Shown here piece by piece: positions 1 to 10,803 of a stretch of 24,000 bases of DNA (the first letter of the stretch is position 1; each line of letters begins with the position of its first letter). The translations under genes were made by a program, and so were the position numbers. This DNA is from Erysipelothrix sp. (lineage in GTDB: Bacteria; Bacillota_I; Bacilli_A; Erysipelotrichales; Erysipelotrichaceae). The notes under the pieces were generated by a model, which was given only the letters and a program-made list of their open reading frames with translations, did no database searches and was not told where the DNA came from. The stretch is taken from the NCBI GenBank assembly GCA_036637915.1, contig JAVWLP010000005.1:5793-29792 (forward strand), read 5' to 3'.

Positions 1-156
1 ATAATACACCTCTTCTTGTCAGTTATTCTAACATAATCATATGTAACTTAAAAGCCAATTCTATAATAAATACCAAAACACGTTTCAAGCCGCTTCATTA
101 ATGGCATTAACTCTTGATCATCAACCGATTGTATCATTTGAAAGCAATATAACAAA

Positions 157-184
157 CTCCGCAATATCATACGATATTACGGAG
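157..184 (-). terminator. Rho-independent terminator downstream of lysS
   Basis: On the minus strand: 12-bp stem ctccgtaatatc / gatattgcggag (one G-U pair), loop gtat, followed by tttgtt. It begins about 20 nt after the lysS stop codon. Confidence 0.6.
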
Positions 185-205
185 CATTTTATTAAAGTAA
201 ACGGA

Positions 206-1708
<1,503 letters not shown>

Positions 1709-1788
1709 CTACCTTGCTTTTTATTTGCAAGTACTTTCCCTAAAGCGCACTTGCGTTAATATACTTATTAATTCTAACACATTTTAAA

Positions 1789-1814
1789 TCTTTGAATGAG
1801 ATTTCTTTCAAAGA
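1789..1814 (-). terminator. Weak hairpin downstream of hslO (possible terminator)
   Basis: 8-bp stem tctttgaa / ttcaaaga with a 10-nt loop, followed on the minus strand by tttaaaat. Short stem and large loop, so support is weak. Confidence 0.3.
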
Positions 1815-1826
1815 ATCTTATCAAGA

Positions 1827-2702
1827 CTAATTTTTGGAACGTTCTTCCAACAGCTCTTTCAACTCTTCTTCCTTAAATGTGTATTTAGTATGACAGTAGT
1901 GACACTCAAGTGTTGCACCATGATCGTTATTAATTAAATCATTCAAATCTTCAGCATTTAACGTTCTTAGAACATCCTTCATTTGTGTACGATTGCAACC
2001 ACAGAAGTAAGCGACATCCGTTTCTCCCAATATCTCCACATCATCAAAGAGTGCCTCACAAAGATCTTTAGCCTCATAATCTATCATTAACTCAGAAACA
2101 GGTTTTAAGTTATTTACAACGTTTTCAACCATTGAAAGTTCCACATCCGTTGCCGATGGTAGCAATTGAATTAAAATTGCACCAGCAGATTTAATCGTTA
2201 AGTCTTCATTCACTAGGACTCCAACAGACAATGCCGTAGGAATCTGCTCTGATTGAACATAGTAATATGCAAAATCGTCACCTATTTCTCCCGTTTGCAA
2301 TTCCACTTGGGAACTGAAAGTTGCTGTATCATCATATTTTTGTGTTACGCGTAAATATCCGTTTCCAACAGCACCACCAACATCCAGTTTTGGACTGTCT
2401 TTTTTTATCATTAAGACATTTGGATTATCAATTAAACCTCTCACAAAACCTTTATTATCTGCGTTAACGAGAATGTGTTTAATATCTCCATCACTTTTGA
2501 TTTCCACAACCATTTTTTCTCTTTCATCTTTTAGAGTTGCACCCATTATTGTTACAACACTCATAACACGTCCCAATGCAGCAGATGATGTTGGAAATGT
2601 TTGATGTATTTCTTGAGCTCTTGTTACCATATCGGTTGTTTTCGCTACAATAACGCGGACATTTCCGCCCAGAGCAAGTGCTCTAACTACTTTATCGCTC
2701 AT
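1827..2702 (-). CDS. hslO: Hsp33 redox-regulated chaperone
   Basis: 291-aa ORF with the C-terminal zinc/redox switch CxC...CxxC (FCGCNRT ... ECHYCHTKY) typical of Hsp33. Located just downstream of ftsH in the transcription direction. Confidence 0.9.
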   Translation of the reverse strand: MSDKVVRALALGGNVRVIVAKTTDMVTRAQEIHQTFPTSSAALGRVMSVVTIMGATLKDEREKMVVEIKSDGDIKHILVNADNKGFVRGLIDNPNVLMIKKDSPKLDVGGAVGNGYLRVTQKYDDTATFSSQVELQTGEIGDDFAYYYVQSEQIPTALSVGVLVNEDLTIKSAGAILIQLLPSATDVELSMVENVVNNLKPVSELMIDYEAKDLCEALFDDVEILGETDVAYFCGCNRTQMKDVLRTLNAEDLNDLINNDHGATLECHYCHTKYTFKEEELKELLEERSKN

Positions 2703-2727
2703 CTAAATTCTCCTTCAATATTTAACT

Positions 2728-2752
2728 AAAGCCCCAACAGTGTTGGGGCTTT
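2728..2752 (-). terminator. Rho-independent terminator downstream of ftsH
   Basis: GC-rich stem aaagccccaac / gttggggcttt with a 3-nt loop, 4 nt after the ftsH stop codon. The U residues are partly inside the stem, followed by agtt. Confidence 0.6.
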
Positions 2753-2756
2753 GAAA

Positions 2757-4631
2757 TTAAGCTTCAGTACTTTCTGATTCTGATGTGACTGTGTCTACAC
2801 CAAAATCGTTTGCGTCTCTGCCTTCAACGATATTATTAATTTGTTCGGCAGTAATTGTTTCATACTCAAGTAGAGCATCCACAATCTTATCCATAAGTTC
2901 TTTATTTTGTTCAACGATATGAAGCGCTTCTTCTTTCGCTTCATCAATAATTCGACGAACTTCTTTGTCAATTTCGTATGCAATTTCACCAGAGTAGTTT
3001 TGTCCTGATGAATAATCACGACCTAAGAATACATTGTCAGATCCGACATCATATTGAATTGGACCTAAGTTACTCATTCCGAATGTTGTAACCATAGCAC
3101 GCGCAATCTTAGTTGCTCTTTGAATATCATTTGAAGCACCTGTTGAAATTTCATTAAAGTAAACTTCTTCAGCGACACGTCCACCTAGTAAGCCAGTAAT
3201 ACGCGCTTTAAGATCCGTTTCACTTTGTGTAAATGTTTCAACTTCAGGTGTCATCAAGTTATATCCACCGGCATCACCACGCGGTATGATTGTAACTTTT
3301 TGTACTTTATCAGCAGCTGCGAGACGAATACCAACAATAGCATGTCCAGTTTCGTGGACTGCAACCATGTGGCGTTCTTTTTCTGTATACTTCTTAGATT
3401 TCTTAGCAGGTCCCATCATTACACGGTCAATTGCTTCATCTAGAAGGTCCATATTGATTGAATCTTTCTTTTCACGAACCGATAGAATAGCAGCTTCATT
3501 CAAGACGTTCTCTAAGTCAGCACCCGAGAATCCTGGAGTACGACGAGCAATGTTTTCAAGTTCAACATCTGGTGCAATATGTTTATTACGAGCATGAACA
3601 CCAAGAATCGCTGTTCTACCTTTGACATCAGGTAATCCGACAGTAATGGTACGGTCGAAACGACCTGGTCGAAGTAATGCAGGGTCAAGTACATCTGCAC
3701 GGTTAGTTGCCGCTAATACAACAACACCTGAGTTTTCTTGAATACCATCCATTTCAACAAGCATTTGGTTAAGTGTTTGTTCACGTTCATCGTGACCACC
3801 ACCTAGTCCCGCTCCACGTTGACGACCTACTGCATCAATTTCATCAATGAAAATAACACAAGGCGCAGTTGCTTTCGCTTCTTTAAACATATCACGAACA
3901 CGGCTCGCTCCAACCCCTACAAACATCTCTACGAAATCCGAACCAGAAATTGCGTAGAATGGTACATCAGCTTCTCCAGCTGCTGCTTTTGCAAGTAATG
4001 TTTTACCAGTTCCCGGAGGCCCAACTAATAACATTCCTTTAGGAATACGAGCTCCCATTTCTTCATATTTTTTAGGATGACGAAGATAATCAATTAATTC
4101 AGTCATTTCTTCTTTTTCTTCATCCGCTCCGGCTACGTCCTTAAAGCGAACTTTAATGTCGCCTTGGATCTTAGCACGGGATTTACTGAACTCAAAGGCT
4201 TTATTAGTTCCGCCTCCGCCCATTTTCGAAAACAGGAAGAACATGAGTCCACCCAATAGTGCATAAGGGACGATAACCATAAGTCCTTCGACGATTGGAT
4301 TAACGTAATTCGGGTCAATCGTTTCATAAGGGATATTTTTATCATTTAACTTTGTAATTGTTTCATTTAAAAGTTGTTCTGATTTTGGCATACGAACAGA
4401 GAAACCTTTTTTACGGCCCTCTTTTTCATATGTACCCTCTACTTCAATCACCGCACTTTTTGCAGTAACTTTAGCTTCAGTTATTGTTTCAGTTTCAATT
4501 AATTCGTTATACTGATTTACTGTTAATTTGTTATTTGGTTGATTCGTAAGTAATTGAAGCAGTGTAATTGCCATTAACAGTGTTAAAACGGTTAGAATTA
4601 AACTATTTTTTTTGCTGTTCTTGTTTTTCAA
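2757..4631 (-). CDS. ftsH: ATP-dependent zinc metalloprotease FtsH
   Basis: 624-aa ORF with N-terminal TM segments. Walker A GPPGTGKT, Walker [10 protein letters not shown], and the zinc protease motif HETGHA (HEXXH) are all present. Confidence 0.95.
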   Translation of the reverse strand: MKNKNSKKNSLILTVLTLLMAITLLQLLTNQPNNKLTVNQYNELIETETITEAKVTAKSAVIEVEGTYEKEGRKKGFSVRMPKSEQLLNETITKLNDKNIPYETIDPNYVNPIVEGLMVIVPYALLGGLMFFLFSKMGGGGTNKAFEFSKSRAKIQGDIKVRFKDVAGADEEKEEMTELIDYLRHPKKYEEMGARIPKGMLLVGPPGTGKTLLAKAAAGEADVPFYAISGSDFVEMFVGVGASRVRDMFKEAKATAPCVIFIDEIDAVGRQRGAGLGGGHDEREQTLNQMLVEMDGIQENSGVVVLAATNRADVLDPALLRPGRFDRTITVGLPDVKGRTAILGVHARNKHIAPDVELENIARRTPGFSGADLENVLNEAAILSVREKKDSINMDLLDEAIDRVMMGPAKKSKKYTEKERHMVAVHETGHAIVGIRLAAADKVQKVTIIPRGDAGGYNLMTPEVETFTQSETDLKARITGLLGGRVAEEVYFNEISTGASNDIQRATKIARAMVTTFGMSNLGPIQYDVGSDNVFLGRDYSSGQNYSGEIAYEIDKEVRRIIDEAKEEALHIVEQNKELMDKIVDALLEYETITAEQINNIVEGRDANDFGVDTVTSESESTEA

Positions 4632-4644
4632 TTGAAATCACTCC

Positions 4645-5190
4645 TTACTGATATAGTTCATCTTTTAAAATTCCAATATAAGGCAAGTGACGATAACGTT
4701 CATTAAAATCCAACCCGAATCCCACTACAAATTCATTCGGAATTTCAAATCCTATAAAGTCAGCGTAAACCTCAACCTCGCGACGTGATGGTTTATCTAA
4801 TAGAGAGACTACCTTCACATCACTTGCACCTTTGTTAGCAAGCAACTTAATAATTGCTTGAATTGTGTGCCCTGTATCCACAATATCTTCTACAAGTAGG
4901 ATATTTGTGTCTTTAATTGAACGATCTAAATCTTTTAATATCTTGATATCGCGAGACGTTTCAGTACCTGCATAGCTTGATACATCCATGAAATCATATT
5001 CAATATCTAAATCCATATGTTTAATTAATTCTGCAAGGAATGGTACCGACCCTTTAAGTAGTGCAACCAAAACGATAGGTCCCTCTACATCTTTGTAATA
5101 TTCGGTTAAGGTTTTACCGAGTTCCTTACTTTTTTCGACGATCTCAGCTTCTGAAATCAATATTTCCTTTATATCTGCGTGCATACTCAA
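4645..5190 (-). CDS. hpt: Hypoxanthine(-guanine) phosphoribosyltransferase
   Basis: 181-aa ORF with PRPP-binding motif LLVEDIVDTGHT. It sits in the conserved tilS-hpt-ftsH arrangement. Confidence 0.9.
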   Translation of the reverse strand: MSMHADIKEILISEAEIVEKSKELGKTLTEYYKDVEGPIVLVALLKGSVPFLAELIKHMDLDIEYDFMDVSSYAGTETSRDIKILKDLDRSIKDTNILLVEDIVDTGHTIQAIIKLLANKGASDVKVVSLLDKPSRREVEVYADFIGFEIPNEFVVGFGLDFNERYRHLPYIGILKDELYQ

Positions 5191-5210
5191 AAATAGTCCT
5201 CCTGCGATAC

Positions 5211-6413
5211 CTATAATTCTATCATAAATAAATTCATATTGTTAGAGTAATGATGTGTATCACACCCTAATCCCACAACAAACACAACATTACCTTTTTG
5301 ATTTTCTATCACAAGCCAATTTATACGTTTACGGCTGGGAATTTTTCGATCTATGAAGAAGCGATTCAGCGATTTTTTACCAAATCTCATTTCTATTTGG
5401 TCGCCGTCTCTAACATTTCTTACAGTGATTGGAAAATCAGATTCAGTTAAGAAAACTCCTTCAATTTTTCGCCCCTCTTTTTTAAATCCATAATATTCTG
5501 TTTTTAGATACGCCAAAGAATTGTATGTATCTTTTACTATATTTCTTTTTGATATAGCCAATTCTCCATAGCTACAACTCAAAATAAGATTACCAAACTC
5601 AAACCACGCTTTTTCACTCAAGATTGCACTATCAATTTGATCAATGAATCGCGCGGATATTTTGTGAGTTTCAATTCCATTATCCGACATCCATTTTCTA
5701 AGAACATCTTTTCTAAGAAGTGGACTGTGTTTTTTATAATCCACTAACGAATTCACCAACTCCATTTCGTTAGTGGCTTCTCTAACTTGATATTGATAAG
5801 TTGCGAAGTCTTTTTTGTCTTGACGCATGGACTCTAACAAAATTTCTTTTTCCTTTGGATCCATTTGTTTTAGTTCATGTCTTATTTTATTCCGCGCATA
5901 TTTCAAACTCGCATTACTCTCATCAACTCCGTATGCGACATTATTATCATGACAGTAATCAATTAGTTCTTGTTTCGTGTAGTCGAGTAAGGGTCGAACA
6001 ACTAAAATATTCTTAATGATAGTTTGGTTGGCAATTCCTTTCGTATCACTCGATATACCTCTTTGTTTTTGAAAAACATATGTTTCTAAGTCATCATCTA
6101 AATGATGGGCGATTGCAACCCCTTGTGCACCATATTGCATAACTAACTCTTCGAAAAACTCATAACGAAAATCTCGAGCAAGAGCTTGAAAATTTCTTCC
6201 CAACACTTCTTGTTCAAAGTTTTTTACACGAATTTCAATTTTATGTTTTTTACAAAAGGCAACAACTATGTCTTCATCTCTTTGACTTGTTTCTCTTTGA
6301 TGATAATTAACATGTGCTGCAATGCATTTTTTCCCTTGTTTAGAGTAAATATCCAATAAAGCCATCGAATCTGGCCCACCCGAAACTCCAACAATCCAAA
6401 TTTCGTTATCCAT
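5211..6413 (-). CDS. tilS: tRNA(Ile)-lysidine synthase
   Basis: 400-aa ORF with an N-terminal PP-loop (VGVSGGPDSMALL). Synteny with hpt and ftsH supports the call. Confidence 0.85.
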   Translation of the reverse strand: MDNEIWIVGVSGGPDSMALLDIYSKQGKKCIAAHVNYHQRETSQRDEDIVVAFCKKHKIEIRVKNFEQEVLGRNFQALARDFRYEFFEELVMQYGAQGVAIAHHLDDDLETYVFQKQRGISSDTKGIANQTIIKNILVVRPLLDYTKQELIDYCHDNNVAYGVDESNASLKYARNKIRHELKQMDPKEKEILLESMRQDKKDFATYQYQVREATNEMELVNSLVDYKKHSPLLRKDVLRKWMSDNGIETHKISARFIDQIDSAILSEKAWFEFGNLILSCSYGELAISKRNIVKDTYNSLAYLKTEYYGFKKEGRKIEGVFLTESDFPITVRNVRDGDQIEMRFGKKSLNRFFIDRKIPSRKRINWLVIENQKGNVVFVVGLGCDTHHYSNNMNLFMIEL

Positions 6414-6431
6414 ACTTAAATCACCTTGAAA

Positions 6432-6995
6432 TTATTTTACCACAGCTCCTGAAGATATTCCCTCTTTTAAACAGTGACAAATTTCTTTGAACATTCTCGA
6501 CCGTGGCGAGATATGTCCATTAACCGAAATAATTCGGCATGAGTTTATAAATTTACAATCATTCAAAAATAGCACCGATGGTTTATTCAAACCTTCTACT
6601 TTACCAATATAATACAAATGTTCTTTGCCTTCATCAATAACATTTCTAGCCTGCTTGACTGCCTCATCATTAGATGTCATCGGCACAACAAGTAACTTAT
6701 GGTTGAACTGAGATACCACAAGTCCAAAATGTTGATAGCCAGCTTCATTAATAAAAACTTGTCCATACTCAATAAAGCATATATCGCCGACTTCAACAGA
6801 AATGTTCAAAGCATCACATGACCAGTATTTTACCCGTTTCATTCTATTGTAGCCACTAACGCATTCTTTCCTTTGCTGCCCTTTCGACAAAGACAATAGG
6901 TATTTCTTGTAGTCATCAAAATAAGATTCTAAAAGATCACGATGTTTATCTTGGTCATATTCTGACAACCATTTTTCTTCAACACGATAACCCAT
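6432..6995 (-). CDS. MazF/PemK-fold protein with ~60-aa N-terminal extension, function unknown
   Basis: 187-aa ORF. By-eye alignment to MazF/EndoA: GDICFIEYGQ..EAGYQHFGLVVSQ...LLVVPMTSN matches GD.y.adl.p..GSEQgG.RP.lV....... .v..iT. Also SVLFLNDCKFINSCRI matches DSVILLEQIRTIDKQRL. It lies 18 nt upstream of tilS, and no antitoxin-sized ORF is adjacent. Confidence 0.45.
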   Translation of the reverse strand: MGYRVEEKWLSEYDQDKHRDLLESYFDDYKKYLLSLSKGQQRKECVSGYNRMKRVKYWSCDALNISVEVGDICFIEYGQVFINEAGYQHFGLVVSQFNHKLLVVPMTSNDEAVKQARNVIDEGKEHLYYIGKVEGLNKPSVLFLNDCKFINSCRIISVNGHISPRSRMFKEICHCLKEGISSGAVVK

Positions 6996-7046
6996 TCTTT
7001 ACACCCCCAACATTAACTACATGTTAGAAGCATAAACTCCTAATAA

Positions 7047-7081
7047 AAACTCAAGAAGTCACATGAGCGGTTCTTGAGTTT
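7047..7081 (-). terminator. Rho-independent terminator downstream of mreB-like gene
   Basis: 11-bp stem aaactcaagaa / ttcttgagttt with a 13-nt loop, followed on the minus strand by tttttatta. Confidence 0.65.
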
Positions 7082-7088
7082 CATTTTA

Positions 7089-8087
7089 TTATCCAATAAG
7101 TTCTAAGTTTTCTAACATGATTCCTGTTCCTTCAGCAACACATGTTAATGCGTTTTCAGCAACGTATACAGGAATGCTTAATTCATTAGAAATTAATGAA
7201 TCGAGACCGTGAAGTAATGCTCCACCACCTGTTAAGACAATTCCACGAGTTACGATATCTGCTGATAACTCAGGAGGTGTTTGTTCAAGCACTGTACGAC
7301 AGGCACGAACAACATCTTGAAGACTTTCATGCATTGCATGAGCTGTTTCTTCTGCCTTTAAAGTAATTGTGTTAGGAAGTCCGGTAACAAGGTCACGACC
7401 ACTTACTGAGTAAGAAGTAACTTCCATGTCAGCGATTCCTTCAACTGTTGCAGTACCAATGTTTGTTTTGATTGCTTCAGCTGTACGATCACCAATTAAA
7501 AGTTTATAAGTTTCTTTTACATATTTAATGATATCTTGATCCAAACGGTCACCCGCTACTTTTAGTGAAGTACTTGTAACGATTTCTCCTAATGAAAGAA
7601 TAGCAACGTCAGTAGTACCACCACCTATATCAAGAACCATTGAACCTGTAGGCTTGGAAATGTCCAAGTTTGCGCCAACTGCAGCTACTTTAGGTTCTTC
7701 TTCGATATAAACACGTTTTGCTCCAGCACGGTATGCAGCATCACTGATAGCCTTGCGTTCAACAGATGTGATATTCGATGGACAACAGATTAATATTGTA
7801 GGTCTCGAGAATGCACCTTTTAATTTTAATTTACGCATAAAATATTGAAGCATCATTTCTGTTACTTCAAAATCCGCAATAACACCATCACGTAAAGGTC
7901 TAATTGCTGAAACCCTCACTGGTGTTCTTCCTAACATTTCTTTTGCTTCTTGTCCAACTGCTAAACATTTCTTTGTTTCTGCATCAATGGATACTACTGA
8001 TGGTTCATCAAGAACAACACCTTCTCCACGTACATAAATAAGAATATTGGCCGTCCCTAAGTCAATACCGACTGCTTTTGAAAACAT
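7089..8087 (-). CDS. mreB: Rod-shape-determining actin homologue (MreB/Mbl family)
   Basis: 332-aa ORF with actin-fold motifs GIDLGTAN, LDIGGGTTD and LTGGGALL. It is not followed by mreC/mreD, so it may be an Mbl/MreBH-type paralogue. RBS ggagga lies upstream. Confidence 0.9.
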   Translation of the reverse strand: MFSKAVGIDLGTANILIYVRGEGVVLDEPSVVSIDAETKKCLAVGQEAKEMLGRTPVRVSAIRPLRDGVIADFEVTEMMLQYFMRKLKLKGAFSRPTILICCPSNITSVERKAISDAAYRAGAKRVYIEEEPKVAAVGANLDISKPTGSMVLDIGGGTTDVAILSLGEIVTSTSLKVAGDRLDQDIIKYVKETYKLLIGDRTAEAIKTNIGTATVEGIADMEVTSYSVSGRDLVTGLPNTITLKAEETAHAMHESLQDVVRACRTVLEQTPPELSADIVTRGIVLTGGGALLHGLDSLISNELSIPVYVAENALTCVAEGTGIMLENLELIG

Positions 8088-8137
8088 ATTTATTCCTCCA
8101 ATTTCAATTTTCTACATGATATAATTCAACGATAATC

Positions 8138-8341
8138 CTAAAATGAATTGTGCCACAAGGTATCCAATTGTGCCACAAGGTATCCAATTCCCATTGATAA
8201 CAAGAGATAAAGAATTTGAATATGAACCGTATGACCGCGTTTCATAATCTTTTCAAAATCAATGCCACTCAATGCATAACCCGCTAATAAAAAGCATACT
8301 AAATAGATTACTATCCTTATGATGTCAATCATTGTTATCAC
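8138..8341 (-). CDS. Small two-TM membrane protein (possibly DUF1146/YwzB-like), C-terminus altered by a 20-bp duplication
   Basis: 67-aa ORF with two hydrophobic helices (IIRIVIYLVCFLLAGYALSGI; IQILYLLLSMGIGYLVAQ). The family assignment rests on a remembered pattern only. The last 9 codons are created by the tandem repeat at 8146-8189. Confidence 0.5.
   Translation of the reverse strand: MITMIDIIRIVIYLVCFLLAGYALSGIDFEKIMKRGHTVHIQILYLLLSMGIGYLVAQLDTLWHNSF
8146..8189. repeat. Perfect 20-bp tandem duplication (2.2 copies of aattgtgccacaaggtatcc)
   Basis: Positions 8146-8165 are identical to 8166-8185, and 8186-8189 repeat the first 4 nt. The flanking bases 8145/8165 and 8170/8190 differ. Confidence 0.95.
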
Positions 8342-8440
8342 CTATATTACTATATCAAAAATAATTGTCGATTTCTACGATAATATTAATGTTTCATTGC
8401 ATCACATATTAACACTTATTTTGTTTATTCCTAATTAAAA

Positions 8441-8458
8441 TAGAGAGACTTCTCTCTA
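8441..8458 (-). terminator. Terminator hairpin overlapping the stop codon of the transglutaminase-like gene
   Basis: tagagag-actt-ctctcta, flanked by aaaa on one side and tttt on the other. On the minus strand it is followed by ttttaatt. Confidence 0.55.
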
Positions 8459-10750
8459 TTTTAAGATTTCACCAAGATTTTCGTTGTCTACAAATCCAAC
8501 TTGATATCCACAACTGCTGAGTAATGTCTTCCCGTTCTTAACAATAACTACAAACGGATAAACCTTCGGTTCTCTAAAATGTCTTCGAACCATCATTTCC
8601 TCGATATCCTTACGCCAGGTATCAACAAACAGAACATTATCAAAGGCATTTGAGAGTAATTGCAACATCGGATGATTCATTTCTCCCCCGTTGAAAAAGA
8701 CAATTTCCGAACCCGATTTTTGGATGGTTTCTTTTTTTATAATAAGTTCATTAATGACATGTTGTGTCGGTTCTTCATCCGGATTACCTATCACAATAAA
8801 GCCTTTTAAAAGATTGATATCTAAGGATTTCATTAAATCGCTGATTTCAATGTTTTCAAGTAAATCCTCAATAGACACATGTTTTACATTGATATCTAAG
8901 CTGCAATCGCCCACAATACTTTTCATGACTGTCGTTCCTATGATTGTCCCATTTGGGAGTCTATTCGAAGCAATCGCTAAATAACGACCTTCTACTTTTT
9001 TCGCAGTATTTTGAATAATGAAATCTCCGGTATCTTGAAATGGATTGCTCGGTGTCAAACTGACAGTATATTTAGCCATATCTTCCGTAAGCTTAACGTT
9101 AAACTCCGGTTTTCTTTCAATATTCAGATAGTTACCATCGACATATATTTCCACAACATTATTAACATCATTGAATCGTGCAGGAATCCCTTTACTCCGA
9201 CATATGGCAACGATAGTAAGTTGTTTATCAAAATAAGTGCCGACATTATTAGAAATCACTTTTGTAAACGGAATGATTGTATCTTCAACAAAATATTCAG
9301 ATTCTTCGCTCACACCATTCATAACGCTATTATATATTTCTATAGGATTGTCTTCGCAATAAGTTTCAAATTCTTTGGCATAGGCAACCATGTTTTCATA
9401 TGCTACACGTGGATTGAGTATGCTTTCTCTAAAAATTCGAATTGGGAATTTTCCTCTATGTTTTTCTACAATATCACAGTGTTCAACCAACATATTGGCA
9501 TCAAAATCATACCGGTCTTTTTCTGACAACAAGCTGAGCACTTCTTCTGTTCGAAGATTTCCAATTCTTGTTCTTAGTTCTTGAATATTTTGTGGTTCTT
9601 CCTTAGTTCGATTTTCTTCAAGTGTAGCAATTCTTTCACGATAACGCTTCAAGCCTTCATTTTTACGTTTCACTTTTCGATGTGCTTCAATTTCAGTGCT
9701 CGACTTCGGTTTCAAGTGAAGATCCTGTGCCTTTTGAACTAAATCGATATTTTCATCTTTAATGAGAGAATGGTTATTCAAAATAACACTTTGAGTACTC
9801 TCATTGATAGATTCTATATAATGCTTTTCTCCTACTTGAGCATATACAAACGCATCACCACCACCTAACGTAAATAAGGCTTTTCCATTAAGTACGGGTT
9901 GGGTTACCACTTTCTTTAAGTTTCCATAATTGACCACGCAAACACTCACAACTTTAATTGTTTCTACATCTATTTCCACCACTACCTCATGAGCACGATT
10001 ATATCTTTGTATCACATTAATTTTCTTATAAATTCCATGGTCTTCTAAAACTGGTTCAGAAGTCGGTAAGTTAGAGAATTGGTTCGATTGCACAACCAGC
10101 GCCCTTGATGCTGCAAGTGTGAACCATGCAGTATCAAAGGTTTCTTCTGCATCACCCGCTCCAAGATAATGCCACTCGCCATCAATATAAACCTCAACCC
10201 AAGCATGTCTATCATCACTATGTGTCCACCACGGTGCATAGATTTGGCGTGCAGGAATACCGTTGGCTCTCAAAACTTGAACTAGAAATGTAGATTTTTC
10301 TCCACAACGCCCTGTACCGTTTTTATAAGTTAGTGACGCATACTGTGTACGAGCATCTGTACTTCGGTACTGAACAATACCTATCATCCAATAATTCAAC
10401 GCAAAAATAGTTTCTTTCAAATCATCCACAATAATCGCTTCAGTGATACTTCTAAAATATTGTCGACATGCATCAAGTTTTTCATTATTAACTTTTGGTT
10501 GTAATACATAATCGAAAAATACTTGATCCGGTATATTTTGGTGATAAGCATTTTTCACCGCATAGGTGTTTTCTACGAAATCATTCAGTTCTGTTTGGGT
10601 AATTAGAACATCTGCTTCCGAGAGGTAGGCAAGAATATATTTAGCATATAAACTTCTTTCTCCATCATATTTTTTTATATCAATATGCTCGTAAAGACCC
10701 TTTCGCAGCTCATAATCTCTATTAATGATTGATTCTATTTGTTTATCCAT
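8456..10750 (-). CDS. Transglutaminase-core (PNGase-like) protein, 764 aa, cytoplasmic
   Basis: Cys-His-Asp core GTGRCGEKSTF...GIPARQIY...DDRHAWVEVYIDGEWHYLGAGD (Cys codon at 10304-10306). Start placed at ATG 10750, preceded by RBS aagagagga. The 15 upstream codons in the ORF track are a translation of the cutC terminator hairpin. No signal peptide. Confidence 0.75.
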   Translation of the reverse strand: MDKQIESIINRDYELRKGLYEHIDIKKYDGERSLYAKYILAYLSEADVLITQTELNDFVENTYAVKNAYHQNIPDQVFFDYVLQPKVNNEKLDACRQYFRSITEAIIVDDLKETIFALNYWMIGIVQYRSTDARTQYASLTYKNGTGRCGEKSTFLVQVLRANGIPARQIYAPWWTHSDDRHAWVEVYIDGEWHYLGAGDAEETFDTAWFTLAASRALVVQSNQFSNLPTSEPVLEDHGIYKKINVIQRYNRAHEVVVEIDVETIKVVSVCVVNYGNLKKVVTQPVLNGKALFTLGGGDAFVYAQVGEKHYIESINESTQSVILNNHSLIKDENIDLVQKAQDLHLKPKSSTEIEAHRKVKRKNEGLKRYRERIATLEENRTKEEPQNIQELRTRIGNLRTEEVLSLLSEKDRYDFDANMLVEHCDIVEKHRGKFPIRIFRESILNPRVAYENMVAYAKEFETYCEDNPIEIYNSVMNGVSEESEYFVEDTIIPFTKVISNNVGTYFDKQLTIVAICRSKGIPARFNDVNNVVEIYVDGNYLNIERKPEFNVKLTEDMAKYTVSLTPSNPFQDTGDFIIQNTAKKVEGRYLAIASNRLPNGTIIGTTVMKSIVGDCSLDINVKHVSIEDLLENIEISDLMKSLDINLLKGFIVIGNPDEEPTQHVINELIIKKETIQKSGSEIVFFNGGEMNHPMLQLLSNAFDNVLFVDTWRKDIEEMMVRRHFREPKVYPFVVIVKNGKTLLSSCGYQVGFVDNENLGEILK

Positions 10751-10772
10751 AATATCCTCTCTTAATAATATA

Positions 10773-10803
10773 AAACACAGATGTACTGAGGACATCTGTG
10801 TTT
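10773..10803 (-). terminator. Rho-independent terminator at the end of the PTS/peptidase operon
   Basis: Perfect 12-bp stem aaacacagatgt / acatctgtgttt with a 7-nt loop. It starts 3 nt after the cutC stop codon and is followed on the minus strand by ttttatattatt. Confidence 0.7.

Noticed and set aside
2795-4345. Five short ORFs (62-103 aa) overlapping ftsH on both strands
   Set aside because: They are nested in the unambiguous ftsH reading frame and have no motifs or translation signals, so they are treated as frame artefacts.
8691-9584. Plus-strand ORFs of 97, 171 and 64 aa (8691-8984, 9011-9526, 9390-9584) antisense to the transglutaminase-like gene
   Set aside because: They lie entirely inside a well-supported 764-aa minus-strand gene. 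Their products are low-complexity and rich in Ile/Phe/Asn, as expected from AT-rich antisense frames. No RBS or recognisable motif is present.
10751-10795. 15-codon 5' extension (MSSVHLCFILLREDI) of the transglutaminase-like ORF in the ORF track
   Set aside because: These codons are a translation of the cutC terminator hairpin (10773-10803) and have no RBS. ATG 10750 has a well-spaced aagagagga RBS, so the shorter start is used.
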